This document shows positions 48,044 to 56,846 of a DNA stretch of 64,000 nucleotides, piece by piece (positions within the stretch are counted from its first letter, which is position 1; each line of letters begins with the position of its first letter). The DNA is from Anaeroplasmataceae bacterium. Lineage in GTDB: Bacteria > Bacillota_I > Bacilli_A > Acholeplasmatales > Anaeroplasmataceae. The stretch lies in contig JAIEEQ010000011.1 of the NCBI GenBank assembly GCA_029067355.1, positions 2,208 to 66,207 of the forward strand. The letters are read 5' to 3'. The notes under the pieces are model-generated. The model was not told the origin of the DNA. It searched no databases and saw only the letters and a list, made by a program, of their open reading frames with translations. Both the position numbers and the translations under genes were made by a program.

Positions 48044-48856
48044 ATGATTGAATTTAAAAATGTATCATTTCAATATATGAATAATGAGCCTAATGCATTA
48101 GACGATGTCAGCTTTATGGTAGAAGATGGTCAGTGGGTTTCTATCCTAGGTCATAATGGAAGTGGGAAATCAACCATTGCCAAGCTTATGATTGGATTAT
48201 TAGAAGCTTCTAAAGGTCAAATCCTATATGATGGTAAGGCATTATCAGAAGAAACACTGTATGATGTTAGAAAAAGAGTGGGCATTGTTTTTCAAAACCC
48301 AGACAATCAGTTTGTTGGTTATAATGTGAAATATGATATTGCTTTTGGAATGGAAAATCATCAAATTTCAAGAGAAGAAATGCTTAAGCGGATTGATGAA
48401 TTTTCTAAAAAGGTTGATATGCAGGACTTTCTTGAACGTGAGCCACAGACCCTGTCTGGTGGGCAGAAACAGCGAGTTGCTATTGCGGGAATTTTAGCCT
48501 TAAATTGTGATATTGTAATTTTAGACGAGGCAACCTCTATGCTTGACCCAGAAGGAATTAAGGAAATTACAAAGCTTATTATTGAACTAAAAGAAAAATA
48601 TCATAAAACTATCATTATGATTACTCATGATTTAGCTTTGGCAAATCGTAGTGATTATATTCTTGTTTTAAAGGAAGGTAAAATTATAAAGGAGGGAACT
48701 CCAGAGAAGGTCTTCCAAAATAGAGAGATTTTACAAAGCTCAAATTTGGATGTGCCATTTTCTCTGCGCTTCTATTTAGAAGCAAAGCATCAGGATACCT
48801 TGAATAAGGATACTAGATTAATGGAGGCCTTATGGAAATATCATTTAAAGAAGTAA
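48044..48856 (+). CDS. ecfA1: Energy-coupling-factor transporter ATPase
   Basis: GHNGSGKST, LSGGQKQRVAIAGILA and ILDEATSMLDP motifs, plus order with ecfA2-ecfT. Confidence 0.9.
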   Translation: MIEFKNVSFQYMNNEPNALDDVSFMVEDGQWVSILGHNGSGKSTIAKLMIGLLEASKGQILYDGKALSEETLYDVRKRVGIVFQNPDNQFVGYNVKYDIAFGMENHQISREEMLKRIDEFSKKVDMQDFLEREPQTLSGGQKQRVAIAGILALNCDIVILDEATSMLDPEGIKEITKLIIELKEKYHKTIIMITHDLALANRSDYILVLKEGKIIKEGTPEKVFQNREILQSSNLDVPFSLRFYLEAKHQDTLNKDTRLMEALWKYHLKK

Positions 48857-49692
48857 GCCACTTATATCCTACGCAAAAGCGTAAGATATTTACAGTGGCA
48901 TTAGATCATATCAATTTAAATATAAATAAGACAGATGAATTTGTGGCTTTGGTAGGAAAGACGGGGAGTGGAAAATCCACACTTATGGAGCATATGAATG
49001 CTCTCTTATTGCCAAGCTCAGGAAGTGTTGACATATTAGGAAGTGTTATCACACCTAAAAAAAATAAAAATCCTAAGCTAAAGGAAGTACGTAAAAAGGT
49101 TGGATTTGTCTTTCAGTTCCCTGAATATCAGTTATTTGAGGAAACGGTATTAAAGGATATTATGTTTGCTGGAAAGAATTTTGGATTATCAGATGATGAG
49201 GCAAAAAAGCAGGCCTTAGAAACAGCACGGATTTTAAAGATAGATGAGACACTATTAAAGAAATCTCCTTTTAATCTTTCTGGTGGACAAATGCGTAAAG
49301 TTGCTATTGCGGGAATTTTGGCTTATAATCCAGACATCATTTTATTAGATGAGCCAACAAGAGGATTAGACCCAAAGACAGCAGATGAAATTATGGAATT
49401 ATTTTATGAACTTCATAGAACAACGCACAAAACGATTATCTTAATTTCTCATGATATGGATCTTGTCTATAAATATGCAAATCGAGTTATTGTTTTGAAT
49501 CAGGGAAAGATTGTTTTTGATGGAAATAAGGTTAATTTGTTTTCTTCATCTGTTTATGAGGAAAACCATTTAGCTAAGCCAGAGGTTTTACAAATGATTG
49601 ATTATTTAAATCAAACCTTAGGCTATTCCATAAGCTATTCTGTCTTTGATGAAGAGGAATTATTAAGACGGGTGGTGGAAATGCATGAATAA
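48832..49692 (+). CDS. ecfA2: Energy-coupling-factor transporter ATPase
   Basis: GKTGSGKST, LSGGQMRKVAIAGILA and LLDEPTRGLDP motifs. Confidence 0.9.
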   Translation: MEISFKEVSHLYPTQKRKIFTVALDHINLNINKTDEFVALVGKTGSGKSTLMEHMNALLLPSSGSVDILGSVITPKKNKNPKLKEVRKKVGFVFQFPEYQLFEETVLKDIMFAGKNFGLSDDEAKKQALETARILKIDETLLKKSPFNLSGGQMRKVAIAGILAYNPDIILLDEPTRGLDPKTADEIMELFYELHRTTHKTIILISHDMDLVYKYANRVIVLNQGKIVFDGNKVNLFSSSVYEENHLAKPEVLQMIDYLNQTLGYSISYSVFDEEELLRRVVEMHE

Positions 49693-50653
49693 TATTACCA
49701 TCGGTCAGTATGTGCCAGGAAATTCATGGCTTTATAAATTAGATCCTAGAACAAAGGTGATTTTAACAATATTATGCATTGTATTAATTTTTTTAATCCA
49801 ATCATTTTATGCAATGCTGATTGCCTTTGGTGTGTTTCTATTGATTTTTTTATCCACACGTGTTTCTATCATTCGTTTGATTCGGGGATTAAAGCCAATA
49901 CTATTTTTACTAGTATTCACGTTTATTTTACAGCTCATCTATAATAAAGAGGGGAAGATACTCTACACCTTTTCTATGCAAATTGGTTTGTTTCAGCTTC
50001 TTTTGATGCTTGCAATTGTTTTCGTATATTTTTTTACAAAGAAATATATAAAGGTAAAGATTCTTTATACCTTAGCTATGGGAATCAGTATATTTTTAGT
50101 TCTTTGGTTATCTAGATTCGATTTGATGAAATGGAGTGATTTTGATTTTGTCATTTATGAGTCAGGTTTAATGAATGCAAGCTTTGTTTTTATTCGTATC
50201 GTTATGATGATTGGAATCACTTCCTTATTGACGATTTCTACAATGTCTACAGATATCAACAATGGACTAGAATGGCTTTTGGCTCCTTTAAAGCTTATTA
50301 AGATACCAGTAAGTGTTTTCTCAATGACGATTGCGTTAACCTTGCGTTTTATACCAACACTTTATGAAGAATCAAAAAAGATTATGAATGCTCAAGCTTC
50401 TAGAGGAGTGGACTTTCAGGAAGGAAGGCTTCATAATAAGGTAACACAAATTATTTCTTTATTGATTCCAATGTTTGTGATTTCCTTTAGGAGAGCAGAG
50501 GATTTATCAAACGCAATGGAAGCAAGAGGTTATATTATTGGAGCAAGAAGAACTAAGCTAGATGAATTGAGGTTTCGCTTTTTAGATTATTTCAGTTTTA
50601 TTCTTTGCTTGGGTTTTCTTGGCTTATCAATATGGAGTCGATTCCTTGGCTAG
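49685..50653 (+). CDS. ecfT: Energy-coupling-factor transporter transmembrane component
   Basis: Multi-TM protein with the conserved ARG coupling motifs (AQASRG, MEARG). Confidence 0.85.
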   Translation: MNNITIGQYVPGNSWLYKLDPRTKVILTILCIVLIFLIQSFYAMLIAFGVFLLIFLSTRVSIIRLIRGLKPILFLLVFTFILQLIYNKEGKILYTFSMQIGLFQLLLMLAIVFVYFFTKKYIKVKILYTLAMGISIFLVLWLSRFDLMKWSDFDFVIYESGLMNASFVFIRIVMMIGITSLLTISTMSTDINNGLEWLLAPLKLIKIPVSVFSMTIALTLRFIPTLYEESKKIMNAQASRGVDFQEGRLHNKVTQIISLLIPMFVISFRRAEDLSNAMEARGYIIGARRTKLDELRFRFLDYFSFILCLGFLGLSIWSRFLG

Positions 50654-51431
50654 ATATAAACTAATTTGTAGCTATGATGGCTATGATTATATGGGATTTC
50701 AGATTCAAAATGCTCTTCCTACGATTGAACTGGAACTGAAAAAGGCGTTTCTGGCGGTATGTAAGGAGGAAGTAAAAATATACCCTTCTGGACGGACGGA
50801 TCGTCATGTACATGCGGTTGGACAAGTGTTTCATGTAGACTTAGATACCAACATCCCACCTTATGGCTTGAAAAGAGGATTGAATTCTTTTTTGCCAAAG
50901 GATATCTATATTAAGCATTGTGAGCTTGCTTCTAATGAGTTTCATGCACGATTCAGTGCAGTTCAAAAGGAATATCGCTATTATATTAATACAAAAGAGT
51001 ATAATCCAATTACTAAAAGGTATATGCCGTATATCCCGTCCTTAGATGCTGAAGCAATGAAAGAGGCTTCAAAGCTTTTAATTGGAACACACGATTTTAA
51101 GGGTTTTGCATCAGCTAGTATTGATCCTAGAAAAAACACCTGTAAGACAATATTTTCAATTGAAGTTAAGGAGTATGAGGGATATTTAGAATTTTCCTTT
51201 ATTGGAGATGGTTTTCTTAAATACCAAATCAGAAGAATGATGGGGATTTTGGTTGAAATTGGGAAGCATCGGTTTTCGTCTTCAAAGGTTCAAGAAATTC
51301 TTTATTCCAAGAATCCTTGTGATTCAAAATATATTGTAGAAGGTTGTGGATTATATTTGTTTAAGGTTACTTATGAAGAGGATTATCCTATAATAAAGCA
51401 GAGAATTCATAAGGATAATAAAAAAATCTAA
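50646..51431 (+). CDS. truA: tRNA pseudouridine(38-40) synthase
   Basis: YKLICSYDGYDYMGFQIQ and GRTDRHVHA (catalytic Asp). The TTG at 50646 gives the canonical N-terminus; the track start at 50619 is also possible. Confidence 0.85.
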   Translation: MARYKLICSYDGYDYMGFQIQNALPTIELELKKAFLAVCKEEVKIYPSGRTDRHVHAVGQVFHVDLDTNIPPYGLKRGLNSFLPKDIYIKHCELASNEFHARFSAVQKEYRYYINTKEYNPITKRYMPYIPSLDAEAMKEASKLLIGTHDFKGFASASIDPRKNTCKTIFSIEVKEYEGYLEFSFIGDGFLKYQIRRMMGILVEIGKHRFSSSKVQEILYSKNPCDSKYIVEGCGLYLFKVTYEEDYPIIKQRIHKDNKKI

Positions 51432-51547
51432 CCTCTTGTTTAAAGAAAATGAAATGATTTGGTCAACTTTTTTGAAAAAAATGACTAAAAAATCATTTAT
51501 TATATTTTCTTTTTGAGGTATAATAGGAAAAGAAAAGAGGGAATAAA

Positions 51548-52174
51548 ATGAAAAAAATATTAGACACGTTATTTCATCCTGCAAAAACAAAATGGTTTTG
51601 GGCATACATTGTTTTTGGCATTTTAGGAATATTCATTGGAATTGTACTTATGCCCGTGTGGACAAATGTAGAATGGGCACCATGGAAGACATGGGGATAT
51701 GATATTTTAAATATTATCATCTTTGTTTGTATTGTCTTGTATTTGTGCTTATTCTTAATTAAAAAGATATTAACAAGAACGAATGGTGTAATTAAGGTTT
51801 TAACTATATTAGAATTTGTTTTGTTAGCCTTAGTAGCTTTAGGATGTATTTTACAGCAATTCAAAGTTATTACCATTGCTAATGGTGCTTGTGCGATTGT
51901 AGGTCTTGCTTTGTGGTGCAGAGGAGCAGTAGAAATTTTTAGAGCATATTATCATCAAAGAGGAAATAATGATCGTTATCCAGTTTGGTGGTTAGCTGTT
52001 TCTATCGCTTTTGTTACACTTGGAGTTTATCTTATTGTTGCTCATCCAATTCCAGATGTTTACATTTTATGGACTTTTGTAATTTTGATTTTATTGGTTT
52101 CTATTATTTTAATTGTTGATGGTATCTTAGCAAAGCCAGCATCTAGAAAAACAAAGAAATCAAAAAGTAAGTAA
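51548..52174 (+). CDS. Integral membrane protein, unknown function
   Basis: About 6 TM helices and a basic C-terminal tail. Confidence 0.5.
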   Translation: MKKILDTLFHPAKTKWFWAYIVFGILGIFIGIVLMPVWTNVEWAPWKTWGYDILNIIIFVCIVLYLCLFLIKKILTRTNGVIKVLTILEFVLLALVALGCILQQFKVITIANGACAIVGLALWCRGAVEIFRAYYHQRGNNDRYPVWWLAVSIAFVTLGVYLIVAHPIPDVYILWTFVILILLVSIILIVDGILAKPASRKTKKSKSK

Positions 52175-52182
52175 TTTCAATG

Positions 52183-52211
52183 GCTCTATCTATTTGGATA
52201 GAGCTATTTTT
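52183..52211 (+). terminator. Intrinsic terminator
   Basis: GCTCTATC-TATTTG-GATAGAGC followed by TATTTTT. Confidence 0.65.
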
Positions 52212-52289
52212 CTTTAAAAAGAAGAAGATAGAATATTTTTTTGTTTATTTTATATTTTTATGGTAAAATAAATTAAAGCTGGTGATGAT

Positions 52290-53108
52290 ATGATTACAAT
52301 TCAAATTGCAAAAATAAATATAGGAGTAGATTTTCTGTTTGAGGATCAATTCTATAATATAGAATCCTTTCAGGTAGATGAGAAGGAGCAATATAGAATT
52401 AAGTCCTATTCTAAGGAATTTTCTATTCCTCAAGAAGAGCCGGATCGTAAAACGGAATTTTATGATATTTATGAAACGGATACCTCAGTTATACAAGTTC
52501 AGAAAAATAAAGGAGCTATTTTAGGGGCTATTGTTTATAAGGGAAATGAAATTGATTTATATTTGAAGAACGTTACTTTTGTAACAGAGTATTTATTGAG
52601 TCAATATGCGTTACTTTATATTCTAGGTCAAAAAAGTAATGCCCTATTTATTCATGGCTCTTCCATAGTGTATCAAGGAAAAGGAATTTTATTCTGCGCA
52701 AAAAGTGGCACAGGAAAAAGTACTCAAGCTAGCTTATGGAGAACTTTTACGGATGCAGTTTCTTTAAACGACGATAAGAACATTATTGTCTTTGAAGAAA
52801 ACTCCTTAAGACTATATTCAAATCCTTGGAGTGGTAAACATCAGATTCATCAAAACATTGTAGCCCCATTAACCTGTGTTGTATTTTTATCACAGGCAAG
52901 GAAGAATAGAGTAGACCGCCTTGAGGGAATGGAAACTATGCGTCTTTTGCTTGGACAAATTGAGCCACCTAAAAAAGCATCTGTGGAAAATTGGAATACC
53001 ATGGTAGATCAGGTACTAAAGCTACCTATGTATACCTATGGATGTAATATGAAGCCTGAGGCAGTAACCATATTAAAAGAGAGATTGGAGAGAGATTTAT
53101 GCCTTTAA
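52290..53108 (+). CDS. HPr-kinase-C-terminal-like P-loop protein (putative peptide kinase)
   Basis: HGSSIVYQGKGILFCAKSGTGKST resembles the HprK catalytic-domain P-loop context. First gene of an overlapping five-gene operon. Confidence 0.6.
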   Translation: MITIQIAKINIGVDFLFEDQFYNIESFQVDEKEQYRIKSYSKEFSIPQEEPDRKTEFYDIYETDTSVIQVQKNKGAILGAIVYKGNEIDLYLKNVTFVTEYLLSQYALLYILGQKSNALFIHGSSIVYQGKGILFCAKSGTGKSTQASLWRTFTDAVSLNDDKNIIVFEENSLRLYSNPWSGKHQIHQNIVAPLTCVVFLSQARKNRVDRLEGMETMRLLLGQIEPPKKASVENWNTMVDQVLKLPMYTYGCNMKPEAVTILKERLERDLCL

Positions 53109-53365
53109 ATGAGAATTTTATTTTAAAGAACGTTGGAAAGGAATATATGATTATTCCCTTATTAGATGGAGGAGTAGATTTTAGTAAGGTTTATAATGTT
53201 TCATCTACTGGAGCCTTTATTTACGAGCAACTTAAAAAGAATAAAACAGCAGAAGAAATTGCAGATCTTATGATAAAGGAATATGAGGTTTCCTATGAGG
53301 TTGTAAAACAGGATATTGATGACTTTATTAAAGAACTGAAAAGGCGCGGAATGTATAATGATTAA
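53099..53365 (+). CDS. PqqD-family protein (RiPP recognition element)
   Basis: 88 aa. The pattern ...YMIIPL...YNVSSTGAFIYEQL...TAEEIADLMIKEYEV..E.VKQDIDDFIKELKRRG is typical of PqqD/RRE proteins. Confidence 0.7.
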   Translation: MPLNENFILKNVGKEYMIIPLLDGGVDFSKVYNVSSTGAFIYEQLKKNKTAEEIADLMIKEYEVSYEVVKQDIDDFIKELKRRGMYND

Positions 53366-53774
53366 AATAGAGGAGTTCTATCCTTTAATTTTAGAGGCGT
53401 TTGAAAAAGGACAAACCTTTACCTTTCCCATTCGGGGGACAAGTATGCAACCATTACTTCATACCAATGATTTAGTTGTAGTAAAAGCAATTGAACAAGT
53501 AAAGAGGGGAGATATTATTCTTTATAGAAGAGAAAATGGACAGTTTGTTGTTCATCGGATTTTAAAGGTAGTAGGGGATTCTTTTACATTTGTTGGAGAT
53601 CATCAGACTCAGGTAGAAAAAGGGGTAAAGCTTAACCAATGTATTGGTAAGGTCATTGCCTATAAAAAGCAGGGAAAGGAGAAGCAGTATCTCTTAAAGG
53701 GGTTTCGGTATAGGTTTTATTGTAAACTGGTACGTATGAAATTGTTTCGAGGGATTTTTGCAAAGCTATTATGA
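53358..53774 (+). CDS. S24/S26-family serine peptidase (signal-peptidase-I/LexA-like fold)
   Basis: FPIRGTSMQPLL...DLVVVK...RGDIILY pattern. Confidence 0.6.
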   Translation: MIKIEEFYPLILEAFEKGQTFTFPIRGTSMQPLLHTNDLVVVKAIEQVKRGDIILYRRENGQFVVHRILKVVGDSFTFVGDHQTQVEKGVKLNQCIGKVIAYKKQGKEKQYLLKGFRYRFYCKLVRMKLFRGIFAKLL

Positions 53775-55360
53775 AGCCAAAGAAGAAATATTGTGTAATT
53801 TTATCTATTGTTGATTTCTTTTATTCCTGTTTTTTATTGATGGTTCCTGTTCTAACAAGCAATTTGGTAAATGAAGCAGTTGCGGCATCTAAGCTTAATC
53901 ATCCAGATCTGACACTTTTGATTTGGTATGGGATTGGAGTAATAGCTGCAATTTTTATGGATATCATATTATACCTACTTGAAGGAATTCTTTATTTTAG
54001 GTTTTCCATTGCTCGTGAAAAGGAAATTAAAGAAGACTTGTTTTATTGTATATTTGAAAAAGAATATGGACAGGTTGCAAGATTTCATACCGCTCAGATA
54101 GAACAGCTTTTTACAACAGATATCAGCAATATCATTCGTAACGAACTTGAAACCATTCCTGACTTTGTTCGTCAGACGACTCGGCTTTTATTAGCCATTG
54201 GGATTGTAGTTTACATTGATTTATGGTTTTTGGCTTTGATTCTATGCTGTGGAATTTTAGGTTTCATTTTTGCAAAGCTTTATTCTAAATGGATTAGACC
54301 ACATCATCATAGAGTGTTAGAGAGTGAAGGAATGTTTAATGGATACATTTTAGAATCCATTTCTCAAATGAAATTGATTCAGGCATATGATGCAAATCAG
54401 TATTCTAATGAGCATTTTGACCATTTGAATGCATCTCAAATTGAAGCAAAGAGAAAAAGAAATCGAATTCTTTTTTTTGCCAATGGGGGCTTATTTGCCT
54501 TTAGTAATATAATCTATTTATTTGCTTTATGCTATGGAGCTTATGGAATAGCAGTACAGCTTTTAACCTATGGTAGTATGATTGCGTTAGTTCAACTACT
54601 TAGTAATATCCAAAATCCTTTAATTTCATTTTCCTCCCTATGGAATCAGTACAATTTGGCAGTAGCCTCAAAAAAAAGAATTCAGTCTGTTTATGAGCTT
54701 TCTGACAAGGTAATTGAAGAAGGGATTCCTGACTTTGATTCTATTGTATTTGATAATGTAAGCTTTGCCTATCAGGACCATTCTGTAATCAAGGATTTTT
54801 CTTTTGAAATCAAAAAGGATGAAATTGTCTTATTTCAAGGACCTTCTGGCATTGGAAAAACAACAGTTTTTATGCTTCTTATGGGATTTTTAAAGCCAGA
54901 TAAAGGAAGAATTTATATAAAGTATAAAAAGAACATTTATCCTGTTACTAGAAATTTATTTAGCTATGTTCCTCAGGAAAATCTTTTGTTTAGTGGGAGC
55001 ATTGCAGAAAATATTTATATCTTAACTGGGAAAACAATAGAGGAAGCCACATGGGCGTTAAAGCAGGCTCATATTTATGATGAGCTTATGAAGCTTCCAG
55101 AGGGGATGAATACGATTTTAAAGGAGCGGGGGAGTGGATTATCCTTAGGACAGCTCCAAAGAATCTGGATTGCGATTGCATTACTTAAGGATCGTCCCAT
55201 TCTATTATTAGATGAATTTTCCAGTGCGTTAGATAAAGAAAATGAAGAAATTATAATGAGTAATTTAGCAAACCTCCAAAAGACTATTATCTTTATTTCT
55301 CATAGAACAAAGGAAATGGAGCGTCAGCGAGTTATCCTATTTCAGGAGGTGAATTCCTAA
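53771..55360 (+). CDS. ABC exporter (fused TMD-NBD)
   Basis: Six predicted TM helices, then GPSGIGKTT, LSLGQLQR and LLLDEFSSALD motifs. Confidence 0.85.
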   Translation: MKPKKKYCVILSIVDFFYSCFLLMVPVLTSNLVNEAVAASKLNHPDLTLLIWYGIGVIAAIFMDIILYLLEGILYFRFSIAREKEIKEDLFYCIFEKEYGQVARFHTAQIEQLFTTDISNIIRNELETIPDFVRQTTRLLLAIGIVVYIDLWFLALILCCGILGFIFAKLYSKWIRPHHHRVLESEGMFNGYILESISQMKLIQAYDANQYSNEHFDHLNASQIEAKRKRNRILFFANGGLFAFSNIIYLFALCYGAYGIAVQLLTYGSMIALVQLLSNIQNPLISFSSLWNQYNLAVASKKRIQSVYELSDKVIEEGIPDFDSIVFDNVSFAYQDHSVIKDFSFEIKKDEIVLFQGPSGIGKTTVFMLLMGFLKPDKGRIYIKYKKNIYPVTRNLFSYVPQENLLFSGSIAENIYILTGKTIEEATWALKQAHIYDELMKLPEGMNTILKERGSGLSLGQLQRIWIAIALLKDRPILLLDEFSSALDKENEEIIMSNLANLQKTIIFISHRTKEMERQRVILFQEVNS

Positions 55361-56454
55361 TGAATCATCCTATTCTTACAATGCTGAAAGCATATTTTAA
55401 AAAAGAAACCTTATCTATTGATATAGAGGAAGCTCAGCGATTGATTCCTTTGGCAAAGGAGCAATCTCTACAACCCTTTCTTTATGTGGTGTATCCAATA
55501 AAGGAATTTAAGAAATACTACATTTCGGCAGCTATTATGCAGGAGGATTTTTTAAAGCTTCAAAGAGAAATAACTCTTTTGTTTAATCAGGAGGAAATTC
55601 CGCATGTTTATTTTAAAGGTAGCGTGTTAAATGAAATTTATCCTGATTCAGCTCTCCGCACAAGAGGAGATATAGATGTTTATGTAGATAAAAAGAATTT
55701 TACAAAAGCAAAAAGTATTTTCATAAAGAATGGTTTTGAAATTTTACATATTGATTCACAGCATCACATTGAATTTATTAAAAACAATTTAATGGTTGAG
55801 CTTCATTTTGCTTTATTTGACATCGTTCGGAGCTCAGATTATTTTAAGGAACCCTTTTCTTTGTGTGAAAAGGTTGAGCAAAATTTATATGCCTTTACAG
55901 AAATTAATCATTTTATTTATTGCTTGCATCATTTTCAAAATCATCTTAGATTAGGTGCAGGAATTCGTTATTTGTTAGATTTTTACTATATGCTAAAGAC
56001 GTACCATCTAGATATGGATGTCTTGCATTCTAAAATTGATCAACTGGGATATAAAAGATTATATCAAAATATTATAAATTCTCTTTATGAATTAACAGAG
56101 GAAGAATTAGATAATGTCCCTAAAGAAAATGTGGATTTCTTTTTAGAATACCTGCTTAAATCAGGGATTCATGGATTTGGACAGGAAAGCAATCGTGATA
56201 ATAAAGGGTTTGCGATTAAAGATAATAAGCTTAAAGCTATACTGCTAGGAACATTTATGACTGAAAAATCCTATCGCATTGCGAAGTATCCAACCTTAGG
56301 TAAGCATTGGTTTACTTACCCTCTTTGCTTAATTCATCGTATTTTCTATTTGCTGTTTACCCAGACGGGAAAACTATTTAAGCTTCTGTTTTTTAAGAAA
56401 AATAAAATATCAAAAGAAGAAAAGGAACTAAGAAAAAATCTAGGAATAGATTAA
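55360..56454 (+). CDS. Nucleotidyltransferase-family protein ('uncharacterised nucleotidyltransferase' type)
   Basis: RTRGDIDVYVD motif (GDxD nucleotidyltransferase) followed by a helical C-terminal region. TAATG overlap with the ABC gene. Confidence 0.6.
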   Translation: MNHPILTMLKAYFKKETLSIDIEEAQRLIPLAKEQSLQPFLYVVYPIKEFKKYYISAAIMQEDFLKLQREITLLFNQEEIPHVYFKGSVLNEIYPDSALRTRGDIDVYVDKKNFTKAKSIFIKNGFEILHIDSQHHIEFIKNNLMVELHFALFDIVRSSDYFKEPFSLCEKVEQNLYAFTEINHFIYCLHHFQNHLRLGAGIRYLLDFYYMLKTYHLDMDVLHSKIDQLGYKRLYQNIINSLYELTEEELDNVPKENVDFFLEYLLKSGIHGFGQESNRDNKGFAIKDNKLKAILLGTFMTEKSYRIAKYPTLGKHWFTYPLCLIHRIFYLLFTQTGKLFKLLFFKKNKISKEEKELRKNLGID

Positions 56455-56753
56455 TCCTTTACCAAACACCTCTTATGGAAAATAACAGGGATAAAAATTC
56501 CTGCCACCTGACAGAGGTTTTTTATTTTGTTTTAGCTTTTGACTTTACTCCTTGATTTGAATTTATTTTCTTTTTACTCATAATATGGCATATCAGAAAG
56601 AATAATTTTATAAAATTATTTTGAAGGGTGTACTAGCTGTCTGTTTTTAAGAAATCGCAAGTAGCTTTATAATGGCAAAAAATATAAAATATCTTGAAAT
56701 ATCGTGATTTTTTTCTTTTTCTTATGAAAATGAATGAAAGTGAATGCGTTTTC

Positions 56754-56782
56754 TTGACAAATGAATATGAGGGGGGTATAAT
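56754..56782 (+). promoter_or_regulatory. Consensus sigma-A promoter for the surface-protein module
   Basis: TTGACA, 17 nt, TATAAT. Confidence 0.6.
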
Positions 56783-56846
56783 TAGGTTTAAAGGAAAACG
56801 TTTACAAACGTCGTACAAATAAATTATAAAAGGAGAAAAGGAAAAT

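Noticed and set aside
48044-51431. ecfA1-ecfA2-ecfT-truA lying away from ribosomal-protein genes, considered as a possible rearrangement or island
   Set aside because: The four-gene unit itself is the canonical Firmicutes arrangement. Its detachment from rplQ/rplM cannot be evaluated from one window and is not remarkable on its own.
56724-56822. 32-codon + strand ORF (MKMNESECVFLTNEYEGGIIRFKGKRLQTSYK) considered as a precursor peptide right after the modification operon
   Set aside because: It has no Shine-Dalgarno sequence and overlaps the TTGACA/TATAAT promoter elements of the next gene. The 58504 ORF is a much better candidate.
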